A stretch of 63,769 bases of DNA, filler included, from Reclinomonas americana ATCC 50394 (taxonomy: Eukaryota), in assembly GCA_048213135.1 (NCBI GenBank). It is 6 parts of 4 records of this genome, joined end to end, with 100 filler letters (N's around TTAATTAATTAA, not from the genome) between each part and the next. Parts side by side here need not be neighbours in the genome. Positions count along the whole stretch, not along the records: positions 55,273 to 58,170 come from PS015259.1; positions 58,271 to 63,769 come from PS015260.1; 4 more parts are not named here. One strand, written 5' to 3'. The position numbers and the translations under genes are program-made. Positions 55,333 through 63,769 of this stretch are shown here, one piece after another (the first letter of the stretch is position 1; each line of letters starts with the position of its first letter). The notes beneath the pieces are model-generated. The model had not been told where the DNA came from and ran no database searches. It saw only the letters and a program-made list of their open reading frames with translations.

Positions 55333-55546
55333 GCCTCACCATCCTCCTTTGTCTCTACTTCCTTTTCTTCCTCGTCTTCGTTTCTACCTCGACTTTCTCC
55401 TCCTCTTTCTCCTCCTCCTTCTCTTCCTGTCTTCCTTTTATTTCACCTCTTCCTTCTCCTCTCCTCTCCCTCTCCTTCTCCTCTCTTCTCCCTCTCCTTC
55501 CGCCTCCTCAATCTCCTCTTCCTCATCTCCCTCTCCCTCCCAACAG

Positions 55547-56489
55547 ATCAGCGCGCCTGCAACTCCTCCGCGCCATGCTGAGCTCCAACATGAACATTTA
55601 CTTGGAGCAAGTGCGCGAAAGCTCCCTGCTCGACGACATTGCGCGTCGCGTGTCGATCGAGGAGAGTGTCGCCATTGATGTGGACTACCGCGTGCTGCCG
55701 GACGACTTTCTGCTCCACAATCACTCGTTCCCCGTGCTGCGCGAGGCTGTGGAGATGGCAGAGATGATTCTGCGCACGCCGGATGCGAATGGACGGCCCA
55801 ACATTCTGTGCGAGCCGTTGCTTGCCGCCGTTGCGTGACGAAATAGGAAAAGAAGAGGAGTGATGGTGAACTAATCGATCGCTGCTCGCAGTTGTCGTGG
55901 CAACTGGAGCACATTGTGGATCGACTGCGTGGCACGCGCGATCCAGTGCTGGCGCAATGCCTGGTGCGGCTGCTCACTGCCATGTGCAAGTTTGAGGAGG
56001 CGCGACCTCGGATGTTGGAGCTGGAGGTGGTGAGTGCCGATTTCAAAAACGCCTGCGCTGTCGTTCATAACGAGCTGTCTCTCTGCTCACTCCTCTCCGC
56101 CCCGTGCACAGCCGAATTTGCTTGCCGATGTGCAGGCCGCCATCCAGAGCGCCGAATTCGGCATGACTCGCGCGGTGCCGTGGTTGGCCGGCTCGGCCAG
56201 CACTGTGTCGGGCACGGCCAGCGTCAATGGCGGCATGCGCAGTCCGTTTGCGTCGGTGCTGATGGCCGTGACGCCAATGTTGGATCGCACGCCGGAGCTG
56301 CGCGCGGCGGTGCAGGACCCGGAGGGATTCAATCAGAATCAGTTCTCGAGCGCGGTGGCGCGCAAGGACATGCGACGGTATTTGACTACGTTCTTTAGGA
56401 CGTGGAATGAGGCGAGGCCACGGGGAGTGTCGACGGCGGCCTCGTCACAGCCGACAAGCCAACCGGCAAGTCGGAGGGCTGATGATTAG
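55547..56489 (+). CDS. 3' part of an uncharacterised helical protein
   Basis: Three in-phase exons (ARLQLLRAML..., LSWQLEHIV..., PNLLADVQ...) with GT-AG introns end in TAG. The 5' end is in the gap. Confidence 0.65.
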
Positions 56490-56537
56490 AAAGAGACAGA
56501 CGAGGGGGAAGAATTGGGAATTGTTTAGGATGTTTAT

Positions 56538-56776
56538 GAAGTGAAATGGTGGTATTGCTTCACACAGTTCGCAGAGTCGTGCGAGAGAGACTTGTGTGGA
56601 ATGTGTGCACAGAGGTCAGTCGAAGTGGAATGGCGATGGTATATTAATTCACAGTTCGCAGAGTCGTGCGTGACTTGTGTGGAATGTGTATTGCCAGAGG
56701 TCAGTCGAAGTGGAATGGTGATGGTATATTGCTTCACGCAGTTCGCAGAGTCGTGCGAGAGAGACTCGTGTGGAAT
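56538..56776. repeat. Intergenic tandem repeat, ~85 bp x ~2.8
   Basis: gaagtg(g/a)aatgg...cagttcgcagagtcgtgcg...tgtggaat units begin at 56538, 56622 and 56707. Confidence 0.9.
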
Positions 56777-56874
56777 ATCTCTCGCCTGTGCACTGGGGTC
56801 AGTCGACTCGCGGACATCTCCAGTAGCATCAGCGGCCTTTCTTTTTGTCAAGAGTCGCCCATTCCGGCCAGTGC

Positions 56875-57234
56875 TCAACGGATGAGCATGCGACGGACTT
56901 GGATCTGCTCCTCGTAGTCCGAGTAGGAAATGTACTCGGTGGCCGTGTCGGTGCCAATGTTGGCAAACATGGAGCGCACGTCACCGGGCGCTACTTTGAT
57001 GTTGAAGCGGCTGTGGAGAGAAGGAGAAGGCGTAGTTGAGAATACAAACAAGGACGAGGAATCCAGAAGGCTGCAACACGCCCTCTGTCTGTCTCTGCGG
57101 TCTCTGCTTGCAGATTTCGATGTGTCTCCCGAGTAAACGCTCTTGTTCTCGTTTACGAGCTCAGACGCTTGCTCCCCCTCTCAGACTTCGATCTTTGAGT
57201 GTGTAAGTGAACGAGTGTGACTCTCTCGCCCTCT

Positions 57235-57310
<76 letters not shown>

Positions 57311-57543
57311 CGTATCGTCGTCGTACGTCGTACGTACGTAGTACGTAGTAGTAGTACGTTCGTCGTACCTTCTTCGTTCTCTCTCTCGTCGTTCGTCTCG
57401 TCTACGTACNNNNNNNNNNNNNNNNNNNNCGTACGTCCGTTACGTCGTACCGTCGTACGTACCGTACGTCGTACGTCGTACGTACGTACGTACGTACGTT
57501 ACGTCGTACGTACGTACGTACGTACGTCGTCGTACGTACTCTC

Positions 57544-57622
<79 letters not shown>

Positions 57623-57904
57623 CTTGTTCCCCCTCTCAGTCTTCGATCTGCGAGTAAGTGAATGAGTGTGACCTCTCTTTTCTCTCTCTCTCTGGTTTCT
57701 GCTCTCAGACTCTTGCTTCGCTCTGTGTCACTCGCGGCCTCCGCCAATCAACAACTTCCAATGGACGAGCTCGCTCACTCACCGACTGATAATGTAAACC
57801 AGCTCGTCGACGCTCACACGACCGGTGACCTCGCGATCAAACTCGATCCAGTCGGCGAGAGTGAGGAAGAAGTGGGGAACGGTGCCGGAGTCGTCCTCAA
57901 CGGC
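56875..57904 (-). CDS. 3' part of an EF-hand (calmodulin-like lobe) protein
   Basis: Exons WIEFDREVTGRVSVDELVYIISR|RFNIKVAPGDVRSMFANIGTDTATEYISYSDY join in phase 2; stop at 56875. Confidence 0.7.
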
Positions 57905-58002
57905 CTGGGAGATGAGGAAAGAGAGAAGGTGAGAAAGGGGAAGGAGAAGAGAGAGAAGGGGGAAGGGGAAGGAGAGAGAGAAGGGGGTGAGGAAGAGGGA
58001 GA

Positions 58003-58041
<39 letters not shown>

Positions 58042-58047
58042 AGAGAC

Positions 58048-58089
<42 letters not shown>

Positions 58090-58270
58090 TAGTAGTACGG
58101 TAGGTAGTAAGTAAGTAGTAGGTAGGTAAGGTAAGTAGTAGGAGGTAGTAGGTAAGGGTACGGGTAGGTANNNNNNNNNNNNNNNNNNNNNNNNNNNNNN
58201 NNNNNNNNNNNNNNTTAATTAATTAANNNNNNNNNNNNNNNNNNNNNNNNNNNNNNNNNNNNNNNNNNNN

Positions 58271-61200
58271 CGCCGACACGTGTGAGTTTGCGACTGGCTG
58301 CCGCGTGTTCCGCGCGACCATCACGCCGAACGGGTCGAGTGGCGGCGGTGCCTACAAGTTGTGTGTGGCGGCCAACAACGGACCGTACGTGTCGGCGGGG
58401 GAGTCGTTCACTGCCGGATTCATGACAGCCGGTGGTCTGAGTGCGAGCAGCAGCGCGGCGCCCACATCAACGCTGTCGACCACTGACGACATGGACAGCA
58501 GCCATGCCACCCCCAAGCCGAGCATGTCAACACTGGCAGTGACGGCAACCACGATCCAGTTCACTTTCGCACGCGAGTTCTACCGCCGCCCGCGTGTGTT
58601 GCTCGGCTTTGCCAGTGTCGGTCGTCAGGGCGCCGCTGGCCCAATTTCCACTCTTGCCAACGATCCGACTGCCGGCACTTTCGCATTCTGTGCGGAGCCG
58701 GTGGTGACTGTGGCGCAACTGTCGACTCGATGCCATGGCGTGTCAACTGACGGCCAGCTGGGACCCACCATCACACTAAGTTGCGTTCACTACGATAATG
58801 GACAAGGCATTGAAGTGAGTGACTCATCATCTTCCCTCCGCTTTTCTGCATGTGCAGGCTACCTGGCATACTATGTGCATCAGACGAATGCTCTGTCGAT
58901 GGACGGTCAGCGCACGCTTACAAGCGCAGCGTGGGCGTCGGATGCGGTAAACAAGAACAGCTCAACTGTTGCGTGATTTTTGTGAATCCTCGTCTCTCTC
59001 GCGACTGCTCATCCAGCTTACTCCGTATCATGCACAGTTGGTGAGTGTGTCGTCCACGTACCAGTTTGCGTCGGTGCCAGCCGTTCCCGTGGCCGTGATC
59101 GGTGTAATGTCGATGCGCCAGTCGGCTGCCGGCAATGATGGACGCGTTCGCGGCGACAGCTTTTCGGTGACAAGCAGCTCAGCCTCGCGCTCGAGTTTCG
59201 TGCTCAAGGGCACGGTGAACGGCGACTCGCGCATTGAAGCGGTATCGGCACGCTTTGCTGTGGCACCGACACGCGCCGACAACACCAACAACAGCGGATT
59301 CGTCATGCTGTCGGGAGGTGCGTTCTCATCCCCCCCCTTGGTTGGAGTGACATCAGGTTGTCTCTGTGCTGACCCCTTGCGTGTGGCGCAGAGACAACGC
59401 ACACCAGCGCCGTGACAATGCAGACCGCCAGTCTGGTGACGGCGTCGACACCGAATGGCCTGCTGCGCGCCACCATCAGTGTGCAGCTGTTCCTGCGTGG
59501 GTGGAAGTCGTCTGCAATCACAGTGCAGAACCGCATCGATCAGCAGTCGCTACAGTTCACCACCAAGCGCCTCGGCAATGAGGACTATGTGACGGCGATC
59601 TCGTACAGCGCCAGCGGGGCGGACGCGTCCGACATTGAGTATGTGACATGGGTGGCGATTGGTCGTGCGGCGCAGGGCGCGCCGATCTCGTGCCCTGTCG
59701 GCTACAGCGGCTCCAACTGCGGCGTGTGCACGCTGCCCGACGGTACCACGACGTGCTCACTGAACGGACGTGCAGTGCTGAGCTGTGCTTATGGCACCAC
59801 TCACATTGTTGCTGAGTGTGCCGAGGGTCGCGAGTGCTTTGAGGCTTACGGCTCGGCGCAATGTGGATGCTCGGCGATCGGTGCTGTGTGCTTGAATGGC
59901 GGCGACTGCTGCTCTGGTAGCTGTGATTCTGGTCTGTGTGTGTCAGCGTGCAGTCCGACCACCACGTGCTCTGGTCATGGAACGTGCAAGAGCGACGGAA
60001 CGTGCCAGTGCGATACCGACTATTATGGTGCATCGTGCAATGTGAACTGTGTGGCGGGCACGACATGCTCTGCAAACGGAACGTGCAAGACTGACGGCAC
60101 TTGCCAGTGCATGGACGACTACACCAATGCCAGCTGCAACTGCAGTCCCACTGCGACGTGCTCTGGTCATGGAACGTGCAACACCGATGGAACGTGCACT
60201 TGTACAAGTGCATGGAGTGGTGAGTGATGTGATTGCTGTCGACCGTGAATTCGCTGCTGTTCAATGCTGACTTGTTCCCGCGAACAGGGCCCGCGTGCTC
60301 AACGTGTTCTGCTAGTCCTGTTGTTTCCCTTGGATACATTGGCAACTGGGCTTCTTTGGCCTCCAGCAGTGACGGCACCAAGCTGGTGGCTATAGAGAGT
60401 GGCAGTGGTCGGATCTACACCTCCACTGATAGCGGTGCGACGTGGACAGCACGTGAGTCCAGTCGCAGTTGGAGTGGGGTGGCATCCAGCAGTGACGGCA
60501 CCAAATTGGTGGCTGTGGTGTTTGGTGGCCAAATCTACACCTCCACTGACTCTGGCGTGACGTGGACGGCTCGCGAGTCCAGTCGCCGCTGGTATTCAGT
60601 GGCCTCCAGCGGTGACGGCAGTAATCTCGTCGCGGTTGCTCAGACGGACAAGATTTACACCTCCACGGACTCTGGCGCCACGTGGACGCCTCGCGAGTCC
60701 GATCGCAACTGGATTTCAGTGGCCTCCAGCAGCGATGGCACCAAATTGGTGGCTGTGGTGAGTAACGGGCAGATCTACACCTCTGCCGACTCGGGCGTAA
60801 CCTGGACAGCCCGTGAGACCAATCGCTTTTGGCAGTCAGTGGCCTCCAGCAGTGACGGCACCAAATTGGTGGCTGCGGTGAGCGGTGGTCAGATTTACAC
60901 TTCGACCGACTCTGGTGCAAACTGGACAGCTCGTGATTCCAGTCGCGGTTGGAATTCTGTCACCTCCAGCAGTGACGGAACCAAGCTGGTGGCTGTGGTG
61001 ATTGGTGATCAGATTTACACTTCCACTGATTCTGGGGTGACACGGACGCCTCGTGATTCCACTCGTGACTGGCTATCAGTGACCTCCAACAGTGACGGCA
61101 CCAAGTTGGTGGCTGGGGTTCGCAGCGGGCAGATGTACGTCTCTACTGACTCTGGCGTGACGTGGACTGGGGTGACTTCCGAAGGGCTACATGGGAAGAA

Positions 61201-62002
61201 TACCTGGCAGGCAGTGGCCTCCAACAGTGACGGCTCCAAGCTTGTTGCAGCTGTGCAAGGGGGTCAGTTGTACGCCTCCACTGACTCGGGCGTGACGTGG
61301 ATTGCTCGTGATTCCAGTCGCGGTTGGCAATCAGTGGCCTCCAGCAGTGATGGCACCAAGCTGGTGGCTGCAACACGCTTTGATCAGATCTACACCTCCA
61401 CTGACTCGGGTGTGACATGGACGGCTCGTGATTCCGCTCGCAACTGGAGTGGAGTGGCCTCCAGCAATGACGGCAGCAAGCTGGTGGCTGTGGTGAACGA
61501 TGATCAGATCTACACCTCCACCGACTCTGGTGTGACATGGACGGCTCGTGATTCCGCTCGCTTCTGGACCGCAGTGGCCTCCAGCAGTGACGGAACCAAG
61601 TTGGTGGCTGTTGTACAAGGTGACCAGATCTACACCTCCACTGACTCGGGCATGACATGGGCGGCTCGTGATTCCGCTCGCAACTGGAGTGGAGTGGCGT
61701 CCAGCAGCGATGGCACCAAGCTGGTGGCTGTGGTGAACGGTGGCCAGATCTACACCTCCACTGACTCGGGTGTGACATGGACGCCTCATGATTCCACTCG
61801 CTTCTGGACTGCAGTGGCCTCCAGCAGTGACGGCATGAAGCTGGCGGCTGTTGTGAGCAATGGTCAACTGTACATCTCTTCTGACTCTGGTGTAACGTGG
61901 ACGGCTCGTGATTCCAATCGCTCATGGCTGTCGGTGGCCTACAGCAGTGACGGCACCCAGATTGTGGCCGGTGCGGATCAGGTGTACACTTTCCCGTGTT
62001 GA
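58271..62002 (+). CDS. 3' part of a secreted protein: lectin-like beta domains, EGF-like repeats, 14 Asp-box (BNR) propeller blades
   Basis: FTFAREFYRRPRVLLGF is H-type-lectin-like. EGF repeats CSGHGTC..DGTCQC. Repeats of 40 aa: WxxVASSSDGTKLVAxxxxxQIYTSTDSGVTWTARDS. Confidence 0.85.
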
Positions 62003-62596
62003 CCGTTTTTTGCTGCACGCTCATGTTGTTTCGAGCGATGTGGTCGCGGGAGAACGACTCCCCGTTCTTCGTTAGCTTCCACTCTCTTCCCATTTTTCTT
62101 GCCTTGTTGTTCGTGCCCTTGCGCCCTTCATCAGTTCCTTTCCGCGACCTGCAGGGTTTTGTAGTGTACAAGATTTGGCTTGTCAGTTCTGGCTCACAAT
62201 CAGCGATGTGATTGCTGTTCACCCTCCACTTTGTCATTTGCGCGGGGAAGGGACAGGAGAGCATGCAACACGTCAGACTAACTGTAAAGAACGCACGCGG
62301 GAAAAGAATCGAATCTTTTTGCAGCAGTGGTGCAGTGAGCGAGGTCTTCCTTCCTCTTCTCTCACCATGAGGATCATTGATCGGCTCCGCGCACTGGCCA
62401 TGGAGGATCCAGAGGCCGATCGACCATTCTTCGGCTTTGAGTTGCTCACTTGTCTCATTCACTTGTCTCGTGTGAGCTCATTCTCTGTGTGTCACTCAGG
62501 TTCTTTCCACCCAAGACCGACGAGGACACTCGTCAGCTCTATGACAGCATGCGCACGTTGAAGGAGCTGGTGTGTGNNNNNNNNNNNNNNNNNNNN

Positions 62597-63748
62597 CCAG
62601 TGGCCACCGAGAACACAGTGTAGAGACCAGCCGGATCGCTGGATTGCAGAGTGACGCTCGAGTTTGGCGCCGTCGGCCCGCTGCAATCGGCGGCCGAGTA
62701 CAGGCCGAACGAGCCGCCAGCCCCCAGCTCACGATTGGCAAAGTGTTGGCCAGTCACCGTCACGCGGAAGTCGGCGAGACCATTGACCAGCTGCGGCGAC
62801 TTGCTTTGCGAACCAAGGGTGTCTGCGTGTGGGTGGGAAGGGAAGGAGAGGATGGAGTCAGTCGGAGGACGCACATATCATGATGAGAGTGATGGAGACG
62901 CAACAAACAAACACAGTGGCCACAAACTCGTTGCGCGCGGACGCGCCCGCACCGTCCATGTCGATGCACAGGTATCGCTCACCACCATTTACATCACCCG
63001 ACGCATTAAAGTTGAGCGAGGCAGCAGAGATGGTGCTGGAGTTAACTACAGTGGTGGGCGACACGCCAGTGCACGCGCGGTCGAGGAAGAGAGTGGCAGT
63101 GGAGGCAGTCGACCAGGCAATGGCCGAGCCAGCGACACTGATATCGACGATCTGGCCAGCGGTGCCGGTTCTGATGGCGATGTTGCTCGGGGAGATGACG
63201 ACTGCAACAACGAAGGAGAGAGGGAGAACAACAAATGCAGTTTGCGCGCGAAAAGAAAGAAAGAAGAAATAATATGCGCATCCAACGGTTAACTTTCGCG
63301 CGCAACGAACACGGAAATAAAATCGAGGCAGACAGTGTGGCAAGGAATGAGACAGAGAAGGGAATGAGGAGAGTGCCGCAAAGAGGCAGACATACTGAAG
63401 TTTTCTGCGCGCGCGCACAGTGCAGCGGTATCACATGTGTTCGTTGGAGAATGTACGCATGTAGGAGACCACACAGAATCACAAACACACAAGTGGTCGA
63501 GCATGCCGCGCGCGCGTATGTGTGTGTGCATGTGCGTGTGATTGCGGCGCGAGCGAACCGTTGAAGACTCTCTATCAGAGTGCGCGCGAGAAAACATAAA
63601 GTTTTCGAGTGCAGAAGTGTGTGTAGCGTGTGCGCGAGTACACACACTCACCTGCGGCCGCTGCAGTGTTGCACAGCACGGCCAGCGACAAGAGCGCGAA
63701 GAGGCACAGCCGCATTGCGGTGGAGGGGAGGAGAGTGGGACGCGACAT
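62597..63748 (-). CDS. 5' part (signal peptide + Ig-like domains) of a secreted protein, probably the same gene as 58271-62002
   Basis: Signal MRLCLFALLSLAVLCNTAAA. The open end ...VFSVAT-GG joins in frame to C-GCC-GAC at 58271. Confidence 0.75.
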
Positions 63749-63769
63749 GTTGCCTTCCAGTCTCTGCGC

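Noticed and set aside
56538-56776. Possible CRISPR array
   Set aside because: The whole unit repeats with no unique spacers, the context is eukaryotic, and there are no cas genes.
57310-57540. (ACGT)n/GTAC-rich runs (also 15860-15891, 31440-31520, 58090-58170)
   Set aside because: Always at contig ends next to microsatellites; typical pyrosequencing flow-order noise, not biological repeats.

Overview
Draft genomic scaffold of a gene-dense, intron-rich unicellular eukaryote; the species cannot be identified from the sequence alone. It has N gaps, artificial TTAATTAATTAA linkers and 454-type ACGT-cycle noise at contig ends. About 16 spliced protein genes were reconstructed by hand: an ARM+SPRY protein, a ~13 kb IP3-receptor-like Ca2+ channel, F-box/LRR, NSE3/MAGE, an unknown EF-hand/IQ-like protein, an alpha/beta hydrolase with a UIM, a secreted NHL/FN3/cadherin/PAN protein, F-box/WD40, API5, CSL4/EXOSC1, cyclin C with a polyQ tail, a WD40 protein, two partial unknowns, and a secreted EGF/Asp-box propeller protein. 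The main observation concerns splicing: at least 25 introns start with a 5' splice site carrying one extra T after GT (GTTGCGT, GTTGAGT, GTTACGT, GTTTCG, GTTGGGT). These sit alongside the ordinary GTGCGT/GTGAGT/GTACGT donors and suggest an abundant second register of donor recognition. Two contigs appear inverted by the assembly, because their ends rejoin in frame when flipped. All exon boundaries are manual inferences without RNA data.
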